57,937 nt of DNA from Callorhinchus milii (taxonomy: Eukaryota). Shown here piece after piece: positions 12,700-27,154 of the stretch. The notes under the pieces were generated by a model that searched no databases, had not been told where the DNA came from, and saw only the letters and a program-made list of their open reading frames with translations. The first letter of the stretch is position 1. Each line of letters begins with the position of its first letter. The stretch lies in the NCBI RefSeq assembly GCF_018977255.1, contig NW_024704757.1:62001-119937 (forward strand), read 5' to 3'. A program made the position numbers and the translations under genes.

Positions 12700-14720
12700 A
12701 AGGAAGGTTATCAGGCAGGACTTGAAAAAGGGAAGCGAGGAGGCAAGACGGAGGGATTGAGGGAGAGTGTTCCATAGTTTTGGGGCATAGTGCCTGAAAG
12801 TGCGACCTCCAATGGTGGAATGGAGGATGCGAGGGATGAGCAGGAGGCTGGTGCCAGTTGAGTGGAGGCGCCGGGTGGCGGATTGGGAAGTGAGGAGGTC
12901 GGAGAGTTAGGGAGGTGCCAGGGAGTGAATGGATTTGAACATGAGCGTGAGGATCTTGAAGTCAATCAGATTGGTGATGTGGAGCCTGTCCAGAACTTGT
13001 GAGATGCGGGCATGGAGATTGGTCTGGGTAAGTATGTGGGCAGTAGAGTTCTGAATGAGCTGGATTTTTTTGAGTAGTGGAGCTGGGGAGTCCGGCAAGA
13101 AGTGTGTTGGAGATGACAAACGCATGAGGGTTTTGGCTCCATTTGGGGTAAGGTACAGTCAGGGTTGGAGGAGAAACCATTTGCCAAGATGAAGTGGAGG
13201 CGGTTGGTTAATTAGGACTCAAACCATATGAGTGCAGTCCCACTAAGGTATATGAGGAAGGAGAGGTGATGGAGGAGGATGACATGGTCAACTGTGTCGA
13301 ATGCAGCAGAGAGTGGCGGAGATGGAGGAAGGCGGTCCTTATCAGGGACTGGATGTGGGGGAGGACGGACAGCTGGGAGTCGAACCGGATGCCTAGATTG
13401 CCGCTTTCAGTGAGTCTGAGAGCCCAGGGAGGTTGAGAAGTTCAGATCCGCTGGCATGAAGAAGTTGATGGGAGCCGAAGAGTATGGGTTCCATCTTGTC
13501 TGCATTCAACTGTAGGAAGCTTGCACTCATCCAGGCTCTGATATCTGCCAGACAAGCTGGTAGAATATCGGTGGACCTGGAGTCGATACTAGAGGAGGCA
13601 AACTAGATGTGTGTGTCATCCGCATACATGTGGAAGTCTGCGGATGACATCGCCAAGAGAGAGCATATAGATGATGAAAAGGAGAGGGCCAAGGACGAAG
13701 CCCTGGGGTACCTCACAGGTGACTGGGTGGGGGCTGAAGGAGAAACCATTTGCCGAGATGAAGAGGAAGCAGTCAGTTAAGCAGGACTCACACAATACAA
13801 ATGCAGTCCCACTAAGGTGGATGAGGGAGGAGAAACGGTGGAGGAGGATGGCGTGGTCGACTGTGTTGAACGCAGCAGAGAGATCCAGGAAGACAAGAAG
13901 GCAGAGGGATCTCTGGTCACAGATAGGGAGCACATCGTTTGTGACTTTGACAAGCGCTATCTCTGTGCTGTGGGTAGGGTGAAATTTCAACAGATTGCAG
14001 AGACTCGAGGAGGGAGTGGAGAGAGTGGTGTGACCGAAGTTGACCTGCAACAATGCGTTCCAAGGTTTTAGCAAGGAAGGAAAGATTGGAAAAGGGACCG
14101 TAGTGTGAGAGATCAGAGGGATCAAAGGTGGGTTTTCGAGCACAGGTGTGATAACAGCGGTTTTAAGAGGGAGTGGAACAGCCTGAGGAGAGAGATTGGT
14201 TGACTATCGGTCAGCAGGTACCCCTCCAAGAAGAGGGGTAATTGAGTGACCAGCAGCTGGGTGGGGAGGGGGCTGAGGCAGCAGACGGTGAACTTCATGT
14301 GGGTGATTGTGGTTGAGAGGGAGGAGGGAGAAATGGGCCAAAGGAGTGTGAGGAGGGGGGATTGGCAGGAGCTGTGGCGGAGGGAGAAGGTGGTGTGGAT
14401 GGTCTGGGTGGGGTGGAAGGGGACATGGGGGCCTGGTGAGGATGATGCAGTCAAGCGGATGTTTTCAATCTTTGAGGTGAAGAAGGCTAGGATCTCTTCG
14501 CACTTGGCTTTTGATGTGAGGAGTGAGGGAGCTTGAGGGGCTGCATGGAGGAGGTGATAGATGGTGGGAAAAAAGTATCTTCGGGTTGTTGTTTGCCTCC
14601 AGGATGACTTTGGAGTAAAAGTCAGTTTTGGCTGTGAAAGGGAGAGGTGGTAGATGTGGAGGTGCTCGAGCCACAGATGGTGGTGAATCGTGAGGTAGAA
14701 TTTCTGCCATCTGTGCTCGA
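12700..14720 (-). mobile_element. Older composite L2 fragments
   Basis: [38 protein letters not shown] with many disruptions. Confidence 0.85.
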
Positions 14721-15085
14721 GCTTCCAAACCTTGCCTTATTTCGGACTCCACCCCAAATGTTCCACATAAACAGTTCCTGTATCCCATAGGGAATCAGGA
14801 AGGGCTCCTGAGCATTGATCCAGTACCACATCATGATTCAAGCTTATCCTCCACAGACCCGGTTTCTCTTGCCCCGACCCCAGTAGTACCAAAATCATGT
14901 GCTGTAGAGTATTTATTCACTTCAATCTGCTGGAGAAATGAAACTGCATGTACACCTAGCTTTTTGTAAACGATCTTGTAAAACAACATTGAAGAGTGGC
15001 ACATAGACCAAATATACGCTTCTTCGCTCTTGTGTCTAGCTGTGTTACAAGATTATGTACGTATTTGAATTTCTTTGTTACATAG

Positions 15086-15176
15086 GCAATTGATGACCAA
15101 AGAGCCATTGGAGAAGCTGGGATTCAAAGATCTTGTTGACAGGAAAGCAACAGAAACCGAACAGGCTAAGTCCTAA
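15086..15176 (+). CDS. COX19: COX19 exon 3
   Basis: QLMTKEPLEKLGFKDLVDRKATETEQAKS*; AATAAA at 15286-15291. Confidence 0.95.
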
Positions 15177-15651
15177 CAGTCTGCCCAACACAAGGAAAAC
15201 TTGACCTCAAGCCAATGAAGCGGTTTATGTTTTGACCGGGGGACTTGCTTTCTGTACATATTCTAAATTATTCAACTTTCAGTGCAATAAACATGTGTTT
15301 AGTAGTTCGGTGTGCAAAGCAGTGCCTTTAACTTTGGTTCTATACCCTTTTGTGGTCACATTAGTTGCGCTGATTTGAATCTCTCTTGGTATAATTCATG
15401 GTGTTGGGCACAGACAACAAAATAATACTTCATAAGTTTCAAGCACTGGTGCAACAAAGATTTCACCAGTGCTTTGTGTTGTAAATACGTTCAAAGGTAG
15501 CCATTTCTGATGACTGTTTTTATGGAATATACATCACAAAGAAACTCTTGGTCCCACATTGTGACTTGCTCTCATTGTTTAAAACTAAACTGACACTCAG
15601 ACGTGCCGTTCTTCAGACGAGATGTTAAATCAAGGTTCTGTCTGCCTGTTT

Positions 15652-16090
15652 TGGAATTCAGTTATCAGGAGAGGCTGGAGAAGCTGGGATTCTTCTTCTT
15701 GGAGCAGAGAAGGTTAAGAGGAGACTTAATAGAAGTTTTCAAAATGATGAGGGGATTTGATAGGGTGAACAAGGAGAAACTATTCCCACTGGCGGGTGGG
15801 TTGGTAACCCGAGGGCACCAATTTAAAATAGTTGTTAAAAGAAACAGAGGGGACGTGAAGAGAAATGTTTTCACACAGCGAGTTGTTGGGAGCTGGAATG
15901 CATTGCCTAAAAGGCTGGTGGACCTGATTCGATAACTTTTAGGAGAGAAGTAGATAATTATTTGGGGAGGATACGTTTGCAGGGCTATGGGGAGAGCACG
16001 GAGGAGTGGTATTGAATTGGGTAACTCATTTCAAAGAGCCGGCAGACACTCTTGCCGAATGGCCTCCTGTGCTGTATAATTCTATGATAC
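15652..16090 (+). mobile_element. CR1 LINE 3' end inserted in a SINE
   Basis: SYQERLEKLGFFFLEQRRLRGDLIEVFK; ATTCTATGAT tail. Confidence 0.88.
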
Positions 16091-19082
16091 ATTAAAGATC
16101 CCAACGAACTATTTGAAAAGAGAAGGGAGTTTCGTCCAGTGTTCTGGCCAACAATCCCGCAAATAAAAAATAAAATTGGTCACTCGCTGTTTGTGCGATA
16201 TTGAGGTGCAATTGTGTTGCCGTGTTGCCATGTTTGCCTACAACTACACAATCACTTTGTTTCGTAGTAAATCCTATGAAGCGCTTTGAGAGATCTTTCC
16301 GATGTGATAAGGCACTATATCAAATGCAAGGATTATTTGAAAAGAGAAGGGGGTTTCTCCGGGTGTCCTGGCCAGCAACCCCCAAATAAAATTGGTCATT
16401 TACTTCATGGCTGTTTGTGGGTGCAAACTGCATGCAAATTGACTGACGTGTTTACCCACACGGTGCAGTCGCTCCACTTCACAAAATCCTGGGAAGGACT
16501 TTAGGATATCCTCTCGAAGTGAAAGATACTGTAATAAGTGCAAAGATTATTATTAAGGATATTATTATAAAGGGTAGCATTGGATAAAGATACACAACAA
16601 TTGCATTTTTAACCAAGGTTAGAGAGAGTTGCATTGCTCAACCTGGACTGAGATCCATTGTACTCGCATTTAATGACTTGCGTGAAGTCCAAGATACTCC
16701 CCTTCCCCCCCTGCTTGGCGTCGTGCCCGACCATTGTCAAGTGCCCTGGGATGCCGCCCTGAGTGAGGGGGTCTATATAAATGCAAGTTGTTGTTTTACC
16801 TATGTATTAATCCTAGAAGCAATCTCTGGGACATCAGAACTGGAATGCTTCCAATGATAAGAGAATATAATTTTAACTTTAAATGTGTGGACTTTTGATT
16901 GATATTCTGCAGTTCACAATGATTCACTGACCATACGTTTCAATGGTGTTGTGACCTAGTTGAACTGACTCAGCATAAACCAGATTTTGCAGTAGGTTAC
17001 TTATTGGGTCCATTGTTTGTCCACCTCCTTGACAGCCACTACTCAGCATGATTTGTAACGCAGCTTGAGTTAATCTAATTCACCCTCTCAGCTCTGTACA
17101 CCACTGAAAATGTTCAAGGTGAAACCTGGAGTTGGCATGCGACCAGGTGTCTGGTTTTTGACCATGTTTTCAAGCAAGTTAGTCTGATTTTGAAAGAGCT
17201 GATGATGAAGGTACAACAATATGTATTCAAGTTCAGGGTGAGTGACTTGTGACCTGGAGGGTGGCAGGGGAGGGATTTGGGGTGGCTTGCTAGTAGTGAT
17301 CCTATTTTACTGCTGTTGTTCTGTTTTATATTTTAAAATTCTCTTGCATTATTCATTCGACTTAATGCTTAATCTATATATATAGAACAGCTGTGTTTCA
17401 TGCGCTCTTTGCTCCCCCACTCCCAAATTGAAAGAGAATAATTCTTTTTTTGTAAGTTAATGTTTAAGTACCTTTACCATGTAATTTGAAGAATCAGCTG
17501 TTTTTTGGATATTCTTGCACACTGACTGGAAAAGCAACTGTTAATTCATACCTTTGTAATGGTTGTTGAATGCCATTTTCCCCTTGCAGACTTTGTATAA
17601 ATAGATTGGCTTGATTTACATCACAGTCCCTTGCAGGAGGTACTCTGCTAGGTTCAAAAACGGCAAATTCACATTATTTACATTCCAGTGAAAACCCTTT
17701 GAAAATCCGTGAATCTTGTGTTTCATTTTGTATGAATACACGTTGACCTTTAGATCTCCAAAGGAATGGCATTGCTTGTGGTGTATTGAATTAACAGCAA
17801 TTTGCATTTATATAGCGTCCTTCAGCAGGATAGCGTCTCGGAGCAATTAACAGTGGCAGAGCATTGGGGCTGAGACGGGAGAGAGTGGAGGTGACTATAG
17901 GCACGGTCGAAGAGGAAGGTTCCTCAAGTGTGATCTGAAGGCGGGTGAGGAGGGGGCAAGGCAGAGGGATTGAGGCAAAGAGTTTTGGGGCATAGTGGCT
18001 CAAAGCACGTCCACTAGTAATGGAGTGGACGTGGGACATACAGCTGATGAAGTTGGTTAGAGTGGATAAACTATCTTGACTTTCCACAAAAAAAATTGTG
18101 TTCTGAATCCTTTTTGTTCTCATTCCAAGTGACCCAGAAGCTGCCTTGAATAAATCCATACAGGCATGTTTGATTTTGTCAAATTTTCACCCTTTTTACT
18201 CTCCTCCTCTAATTGAAGACTGCTGTTACTGGGGCAGGGTTGCAAAAGGTTGCTCAACAAACCATTTTTCCTATTGCAATCAACAATGTGAGCGCTTGCA
18301 AGCCATGAAGAATATTGTGCTGGTAGAACCCACCTGTTTGCACTTTCCAAACCAGACAATCTAATAGTGATCAGGAGTAGGTATCTGATCTGAATGTTAC
18401 CTCTCCCTCGTCCATTCGGTTCAGTTGCAGCCCTTCGCCTTTCCGCCTAAATGCACCTTTAGCTGAGATCAGTTAACTCCAGCACATATTGAGAATGCCA
18501 TACATCCTTCTGGTCTGTATGGCTTTGTGCCCCTCTGGGCAGTGCTTTGTCCCATTGAGTTATCCAGGAACCTTTCCTTTTGAGCAACAGTAAATTAATC
18601 TGGTAATTATAAAGTTTCATAGTAAAGCATTAAAAGTTCTTAAAGTCTTGCCAAAGCATAACTTCAGTCCTGTTGAATAATAATAATCCTTACATTTGAT
18701 GTTGTGATTTCAGGTCAGGAGGACGTCGCAAAGAGCTTCACAGGATATATTGTAAAATGGAGTGACTGTGTTTTGTGGGTGAGGGCTATGCTTCAGTACT
18801 GAACTGCACAAGACCCTATAATCTACATGTGCATGTGCCATGTAACAGGATTATCATGTAAACTGTTAATGTTCTATTACATAAGAAAGTGCTGTGCATT
18901 ACATTGAAAATGATGGTTTGTAAACTGCACTGACTGATTCTCACCCACAATGTTTGTTAAACAATAACAGATCTTCTCTGAACCTTCAAAAGATTATTTA
19001 ACCGAACGACCCACGTCTCCTTTGCCAGTTGTGTTTGGAGCTAGCTTTCGGAATTCTGGAGCTAAAGTGTGATTAGTCTATC

Positions 19083-19283
19083 ATGTCTTTGCTAAATTTG
19101 TTTATCAGTGATACTGTCACGTTAGTGCTTATTTTCTTGTTGTCTGTATTTTGCGTGATGTATTTCTATACTAGGTATAAAACCAAAGCTGATTTGAACC
19201 TTCCTCCTGGCCCGACTCCCCTGCCTTTGATCGGGAACCTGCACACGCTTGACCTGAAAATGCTGTACAAGAGTCTGATGGAG
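19083..19283 (+). CDS. Cytochrome P450 family 2 (CYP2W1/CYP2K-like), exon 1
   Basis: Membrane anchor followed by PPGPTPLPLIGNL; donor GAG|GTAAGA. Confidence 0.93.
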
Positions 19284-19905
19284 GTAAGAAATCTTGCTTT
19301 ATTCCCTCAGGAACAAACCCACTTGAAAACAGAATTGGGTATAAGAAATGGATGTGTTCTGGACCTTTAGCCACCCCCCCATCTAATTTATTGTTTAATG
19401 CCACTTTTGTAGAATTGTAATATTTGCTGTGACCTGATTCAAAACAATAATAAATTGGTCATTTTCAATCTACGACTGTTTGTGGGACATTGGGACAATT
19501 GCAGCGCAATTGGCTGCCGCGTTCGCCCACAAATATACAGTCAATTCACTTTACAGTGTCTTCTGTGAAGCGCTTTGGGACGTCCTCCCGACGTGAAAAG
19601 CGCTATATCAAAATGCAAGGATTATTATTATTATTATAAGCTGGAAGTATGTTGTTTTTTTGAAGTGTGGGGACTAGTCAGTGCGTAGGGAATGAGGCGG
19701 ACAGCTGCATATGTATTCCCAGTGATAGGAGTTTATGGGACCCAGCGTGTTATAATGGGGCTCCACTATATTTAACAATGCCCTATCTTATGATTTCAGT
19801 TGTATTTTGCAATCACACTATAAGTGTTCCTCACATGTAGTCGGTGTCTTTGGGAATTCCTCCCCAAATTAACTTGTTTTGATGCAATTTTCCTTATTTC
19901 CACAG

Positions 19906-20068
19906 TTATCAGAGAAGTATGGCTCTGTGTTTACCATTCACCTGGGTTTGGAGAGAGTGGTGGTACTGACGGGTTATAAGACTGTGAAGGAGGCTCTTGT
20001 AGACCAAGCAGATGAATTTGCAGAGAGAGCAAAGATCGCTGTGTTGGAAATGCAAGCAAATGAATATG
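19906..20068 (+). CDS. CYP2 exon 2
   Basis: LSEKYGSVFTIHLG..VVLTGYKTVKEALV; 163 nt, typical CYP2 exon size. Confidence 0.93.
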
Positions 20069-20960
20069 GTTGAGTTACTTTTATTCTTGTCACAATGCAA
20101 CATTGATATCAGAGTTACTTTAACTGTCCAGAAAATATTTCTGGCAGCGATTGGTCTCCACACCTTCTGTGAAAGGTTGTTGTACAGAGAGTCACTTATG
20201 TTTTTTGTGTACATCTGGGTGTCTGACGCGCAAGGAAACCCATCACAATTCTCATTGTATGAAAGTAGGGTCAAGTGATGTAGAGTGAGGAGATTCATGG
20301 TGGTTCACAGCAGCACAATGTAGATGACTTGAACTTGCCAGTTTATGCTCCAAACTTGCAAATGAATTGGTGGACGTATCTCAGAACGTCTGTTGCCTCT
20401 ATTGTCGGGAAGATATCTGGTCGACCCCATGTTGGTTGATCTCCAATGAGGTTTGAGTGGAAGTGGCTCAATTATGGTTGTCTCAAATAGAGTTAAACAT
20501 TAAAGGCAGCATTAGCAGATAATTGCATAAAACAGCCGACACGTATACTATCCAACTGGAATCTAGTGTGTTTATTGGGGGAGGTATGATATAGTTCATT
20601 GTGCAGATGAAATATTGATAAGAAAAAAGATTTAGGAAAATTAGTTGGAGTATAGTCTTACTGGTAGAGATTTATATACTCTTTAAATTGAGAACATATT
20701 AAAGATGTCGTGCCTTCTATTTTTAAAATCCTCAGTAATGCTGTTCTCTTTGACTTACATTTGCTGCTGTAACAATAATTAAAATGAACAGATGTCAATT
20801 TTAAATGCCCATGTCTAATCATCTTTCCTGTTTGACTCACAATTGCTAATAAGAAATCACCAGAATTCCAACTGGTCTCAGTCTGTGACTGTGGCATTTT
20901 GAGCCTGGATGTGTTTGGAGGAAAGAAAATTACTTTGCCTTTTTGTATTGTGTATTTTAG

Positions 20961-21110
20961 GTATTTCCTTTGGACACGGGGAGTCCTGGAAACAAATGCG
21001 AAGGTTTGCTTTAACAACTCTGCGCAATTTTGGAATGGGAAAAAAGACAATTGAAGACAAAATTATCGAGGAAACAAAGTTTCTGGTTCAAGAAATGGAA
21101 TCTCACAAAG
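20961..21110 (+). CDS. CYP2 exon 3
   Basis: [19 protein letters not shown] (WxxxR motif); 150 nt. Confidence 0.95.
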
Positions 21111-21830
21111 GTGAGAATCTGCCTTAAGGTGCAGTGTGAGGCATTGCTGTTTAGGTCTGTAATAGAAGTGGCTGTACTTTAGAGCCAAAATGCATTAAGA
21201 AGAATTGCTAAGCTGTCAGCCTGGCTCCGACTCTTGCTTCTGAGTCAGAAGGTTGAGGATTCAAGCCTGACATTGGGACTTTGAACTTGTATCATTTATG
21301 CTGACACTCCAGTGCAGTGCAGTAAGTGTACTCCATTATTGGAGGTGCCATCCTATAGATGAGGCGTTCTTTGGATGAGACTTTAAACTAAGGTTCTCTC
21401 TGCCTGTGGAAATTGAAGATCTTGTGGCATTATTCGAAAAGAGAAGGGAGTTTCTCCCAGTGTCCTGGTTAGCAATCCCACAATAAAATTGATTATTCTT
21501 TTCATGACTGTTTGTGGGACTATCATGTTTCACTGATAAAATTCACACTTTACAGTATATCCCATGAATCGTAATGAAACATCCTCCTGACGTGAAAGGC
21601 ACTGTACCAAATTTACAGATTTGGTAAATCTGCAGTCTTGCAAATATTTCCTTGACTCTTTAATGCTGCATAGAAAAATGCCATCAATTAAATTCTATGT
21701 CTTTCATGAATCTTGATCTTAGTTGATTTTGGATAGATTTAGGATTTGCAAACTTTTTAAAAAATTGAAATATATTTTCTTTTGCTTTCAAGGTTGTATT
21801 CAACCTCATGTTCAATGTTTCTGTTGCCAG

Positions 21831-21991
21831 GCCAGCCCTTTGATACAGCTGTTATTGTCACCTCTGCTATGGCTAATATCATCTGCTCTATCGTTTTTGG
21901 AAATCGGTTTGACTATAAGGATGAAATATTTCTTACCCTAACAGAGCTGGTAAACGAAAATTTTAGGCTACTTGGATCTTCCAGCATCCAG
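21831..21991 (+). CDS. CYP2 exon 4
   Basis: QPFD..NIICSIVFGNRFDYKD; 161 nt. Confidence 0.95.
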
Positions 21992-22829
21992 GTAAAGATT
22001 TTACTTTTATAAGAGGTCTTGGGTTTGTACTTAACATTTCTAGGGTGAGAAAAATGTATATGTAGGAAAACCTGCAGTTCTTTTCCAAAGAGGTCTATAT
22101 CGCAGGAAAGACTACATTTTCGTATTGTAGAAAGTTCATTGACAGAATGCTGAAAGGTAGTGCAAAGAAAAAAATATATAATTATATTTAAAAGAAATAT
22201 ATATATACACTGTCTGACCCTTTATTGCACAGGTGCATCACTGCCGAAGTGATGATCATTTTTATTTTGTGGCTCTGATTATAAGGAATCTCCTTTTTCT
22301 GGATCTAAACAAAACACTTTGTAATAGAGTCAAACTCTATATATGTCTTCCATCCACTGAATGGCTGCATTTTGATTAAAGTGGAAACTTCATATGACAT
22401 CCTTTTCCCTTCAGCATCTGATATCAACCCTCATGCTTGGTTTGGAAATAGAAATGAATCTTGTAACTGTTTGTAACTCGCTCCATGTATCCTTCATGTA
22501 TGACTCAGTTGGTAACATTCTCACCTCTGAATCGGAAGGTTGTGAGTTCAAGCTTCATGTTGGGACTGTGAGCTCACAGCGTGGGCTGCACCCCAGTGCA
22601 GAACTGGGGGTATATTGCTTTGTCTTTGGATGAGACATTAAACTGAGGTCCTGTCTGCTGTTCATGGTGGATGTTAAAGATTCCATGGAACTAATCTGAG
22701 AAAAGTGGGTTTTCTCCTGGTGTCCTGGCCAACAATCTCCCAGACAAAAATTGATCATTCATTTCATGACTTTGGGATGTCCTCCTCACATGAAAGGCAT
22801 ACCAAACATCAAGAATTATTATATTTCAG

Positions 22830-23003
22830 ATGTATAATGCCTTTCCTATTCTCGGATTTCTCCCTGGAACTCACAAGAAAATCTTTGAAAACAGAACACA
22901 GATGGTTCAACTTATAATGAACTTCTGCAAAGAACATCAGAAAATGCTGAACGAGAATGATATAAGGAGTTTTATTGATGCTTTTTTGGTGAAGCAACGA
23001 GAG
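22830..23003 (+). CDS. CYP2 exon 5
   Basis: MYNAFP..LPGTH..RSFIDAFL; 174 nt. Confidence 0.93.
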
Positions 23004-23441
23004 GTACCATTTTGATCCTTTTTAATGCTGGACATATATTAGTAGTGGGGGTTTTAGTGTATTAATTGACATTGTTAAATTATTAGAATAAATCAGTGCT
23101 GTTACAACTGTCAGTGAATGTTTGAGGTTCAGTCGGAAACTATAGGGTTCTATAGGGAAAGAGCATGGTATTGCGATTGGGATATTTCCAATAGGAGAAC
23201 TAGTACCAACAATCTCCCAAATAAAATTGTTCATTTACTTCATGGCTGTTTGTGCAACACTCCTGTGTGCAATATTGGCTGCGGCGTTCAACCATGAAGC
23301 ACAGTCACTGCACTTTACAATGTACTCTGGGGGGAGGAGGAGGGTCATGACCCCCCCCCCCCACTGCCTCCACTGCTTTGTTGTCAGCTCCGCTCTGACT
23401 TTTCCAAATGAAACCGTAGCAATTTTAATTTTCTCTTCAAG

Positions 23442-23583
23442 GAATCGAAAAACCCAGGTTGCTATTTCCATGACATGAACCTGGTGACCTCAGTGACAAA
23501 CCTGTTTGCAGCCGGCACTGATACCTCATCCTCTACGCTGCGCTGGGGAATCCTCCTGATGGTGAAATACCCAGAGATTCAGG
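23442..23583 (+). CDS. CYP2 exon 6 (I-helix)
   Basis: NLFAAGTDTSSSTLRWGILLMVKYPEIQ; 142 nt. Confidence 0.95.
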
Positions 23584-24412
23584 GTTAGATTTCATTTGAA
23601 TTTGTGGATGTGATTAATGCACTTGCCATTGTAGGAGTTAACTTAAAGGTACTGACGAAGCCGTGTATTCTCAGACGCGCCGACCTTGTAGAGACGTAAA
23701 GCCAGGACCTGTCTGCCTGTTCCTTGAAAATCCCACTGTTCAGAAATAGAAAGACTTAAGATCCTGGTGTCCACCATTCTTCCTGATTACCAGGTCCAGC
23801 AGTTAATTACCCGTTGGGTTAAGAAATACTTCCTGGTGTCCTTAATTTCCTTTTGCATTCCTGAATCAACTGCCTGTGCTGCTGCCTTCGTGTATTTGAA
23901 AGTATTGTTCTGGGCTTACTTTCTGAATCTCATTTAAAATATTCTACACCTCTATAATTTACCCTTTTCAAGGCTGAAGAGCCCTACCTTGTCTGATCAT
24001 TGCTCATAGCTCATTCTTTAACACCTGGGATCATCTAAACAGTTTTTTCATATGAGAACATTATTGCTGACCTATTTACAAATCACTGTTCCTAATTCCA
24101 TCTGCAAGAACCTCATGCGCTGATTCACTACAAGGCAAACCGAGGGCCCATGAATTTCAAAGGACCGGTTTGTGAATAGAGATGCATTGATTTACACTAC
24201 CAACATTTTCAATGTAAATTGATATTCTGTTGCAACCCTCTCTTCAGGGTAGTGTTGGCTGGATGGGTTTCTGAAATGACAATCCAAGAATATAATCCCA
24301 TTTGAGAGCTGGACATTATCGAACAGGTTTTTTTTGCTGAATAGATTGTGCAGCAAAAGAAAAGTTTAGAAAGACAAACTGGACGTACAGTTGAAATTTC
24401 TGTATTCTTAAG

Positions 24413-24600
24413 GAAAAGTTCAGGAGGAAATTGAAAGCGTAATTGGATCGGAGCGATCACCCAGAATGGAAGATCGGAAGTACATGCCATACACTGATGC
24501 TGTGTTGCACGAGATCCAGAGGTTTGCAAATATCATCCCCATGAATATTCCACATGCAACGACAAAGGACACACACTTGAGAGGATATTTTATTCCAAAG
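24413..24600 (+). CDS. CYP2 exon 7 (K-helix ExxR)
   Basis: [26 protein letters not shown]; 188 nt. Confidence 0.95.
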
Positions 24601-24749
24601 GTAAAATATTGCAGCAGTCGTCAAACGTATTGGAATATATTGTGTCATACTACGTCACCAAAAGTGTTTTGCCTATAGAATGAGATTTTTAACACAAATT
24701 CACATCTTAAATATTACCTCATTTATGCACATTTCTAGATGTGGTACTT

Positions 24750-25905
24750 AACACCCTGGTACACCAGCCACCTTCACTCCCTTAAGGCACAGGTGTGTGC
24801 CGCTGAATGCACCTGACTCAAATCCAACTTAATGGTCCCATCGGCAGATTTGGCTGGATCTTATCAAATCTTACTGCTCCGCCCTCACAACCGCTAAATC
24901 ATTGTTCTGCTCCCAGGCAATTTTGGAGGCCAAGGACAACCCCAGGATCCTCTTCTCCATAACCAACCGACTCTTCCGCCCACCCTCTCACGCCTCGCCC
25001 AACGCCAACTGAGACGCAATGCCTATCTGTCAGACATCAAGTCCTGGATGAGAGCTAACTTTCTTCAGTTGAACGTCAACAAGACCGAAGCTCTCCCGAT
25101 TGGCTCCCGTCAGTGCCTCCACACCTCAGGGGCTGACAGCGTCACCATCCATGGTTTCACACTCCATCTTACTAAGCCAGTCCGGAACCTTGGGATCTTG
25201 TTTGACCCTCAACTGCCCTTTCTGCCCGACATCTGTGCCATGACCCACTCTGCTTTTCCCCACGTCTGCAACATCGCCCAGCTCCGCCATTGTCACACAC
25301 TGCAGGCCGCTGAAACCCTCATACACGTATTCATAACATCCAGGCTTGACTATGCAAACTCACTCCTTGTCGGCCTCTTCAACTCCTCCTTCCATAGACT
25401 GCAGATCATCCAGAATTCTGCAGTCCATGTCCTCTCCCGCACCAGGCTCCATAACCCTATTACCCCAATCCTTGCCTGACTCCACTGGCTTCCCATCACT
25501 TAGAGGATAGTTTAAAACCTTGGTCCTCACCTTCAAAGCCCCTCCATAGCCTTGCTCCCTCTGTGACCTCGTAACCCTCTATCATCCTGCTCGCTCCCTC
25601 TGCTCAGCGGACTCTGGCCTGTTTCACATCCCCTGCCTCGCCCGCCCCACCAGGGTGGGTTTCAGCTGCTCTGCCTCCACCCTCTGAAACTCCATCCCAC
25701 AGTCCCTCCGCCTCGCCCCCTCCCTTTCCTCAAGACCCATCTCAAGATGCTCCTCTTCGACCATGCCTTCGGTCACCGGCCTCCCCCCCACTGCCCTCCA
25801 CCCTCCCCAATCCCAAACCCCAGCTCGGGTCCAAAAGACTGACTGTCCGGTGGCTTGGATGTCTTCCCGACATGAAAGGCGCTATATAAATGGAATTTTG
25901 TTGTA
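24750..25905 (+). mobile_element. Internally deleted L2 in CYP2 intron 7
   Basis: [23 protein letters not shown], then the L2 3' UTR and tail. Confidence 0.85.
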
Positions 25906-26649
25906 AAACACTAATTTCGCTCACAAAATATACACTTTACAATATATATTCTGCGAATTGCTTTGAGATTTCTCAACTACATGATAAGACGCTTTATCAA
26001 ATGCAAGTCTTATTATTATTATTATTAATACTTGCTCCACTAAAAGCCAATGATTCCTTGGACAGCTGTTGAGATGTGTGAATGTTTGATTCAGAACATT
26101 CAGACATGAACCTCCCTACACGGATTCATTCAAAAGACAAAACTCAAAGTAACTCTTAATAGCAATTGCGAATGGGTCAGAAACACATTGACATGTCAAT
26201 TAAATTGACACAAAAGTGTTGATTCTTATTTTCTCCCATATTAGTGCTGGCTTTACCCAACACATAGGACAGCACACAGGAAGGCCATTTAGCCCATTGT
26301 GCCTGTGCTGGCTCTTTCAAAGAATAAACTATTCACTCCCATTTACCTGCCTTTTCCCCATACCACATACCCTCTTTTTTACTCCTTTTACAAATATAGC
26401 TACTTTCCTCTTGATAGCTAAGAGATTCAGTCTTGATCACCATAGGGTATTCCACACCTCTCTGTAAAAACAAATTCCCCTCCTTTGTCTTTTTGTTCCA
26501 CACAATTCAAAATTTGAATATCTGGTGTGAATTCTGTCTGTCTCTTTCAGTCTTACAAGTTCCAGTCCCCAACAGCCATGGGAGTAATCATTACTGCTGC
26601 AAGGAACATCACAGCCGTGTCATGACTGTTTTCTGGTCTTGTTTCAAAG

Positions 26650-26791
26650 GGAACACAGGTGATTCCGCTACTTGCCTCTGTGCTGTACGATAAGAGTCAA
26701 TGGGAAAAGCCAAATGAGTTCAACCCATCTCATTTCCTGGATGCTGAGGGAAGATTTGTGAAGAAAGACGCCTTCATGCCTTTTTCTGCAG
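26650..26791 (+). CDS. CYP2 exon 8
   Basis: [29 protein letters not shown]; 142 nt. Confidence 0.95.
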
Positions 26792-26978
26792 GTAATTGAT
26801 TTGTGGATCGTTTTTTGCAAAGAAAATCACCATTTTAATCAATATAAACACTTAAGACCAATTCCACATCCAACGTCTGAACCATTTCCACGTGGCATTG
26901 GGACGGACGTAGTTTCTGATTTGCAGTGTGTGGGGTCGGAAGGAAGACTTTATAATCTTTATCTTCTATCTTTTAAAG

Positions 26979-27154
26979 GTCAACGGATTTGCATCGGGGA
27001 GAGTCTGGCCAAGATGGAGCTCTTCCTGTTTTTCACAACTTTGATGCAAACGTTTACCTTCCATGCCCCGCTTGGGGCTCTCCTGGATCTGACCCCCTGC
27101 GTTGGACTGACATTGTGTCCGAAGCCCCATCAAGTCTACGCTGTACGTCGCTAA
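26979..27154 (+). CDS. CYP2 exon 9 (heme-ligand Cys)
   Basis: FSAG|QRICIGESLAKMELFLF...VRR*; the nine exons total 1497 nt in one open frame. Confidence 0.95.

Noticed and set aside
26979-26995. Gln in the heme loop (FSAGQRIC) as a sign of P450 inactivation
   Set aside because: That position is variable in FxxGxRxCxG; all exons and key motifs are intact.
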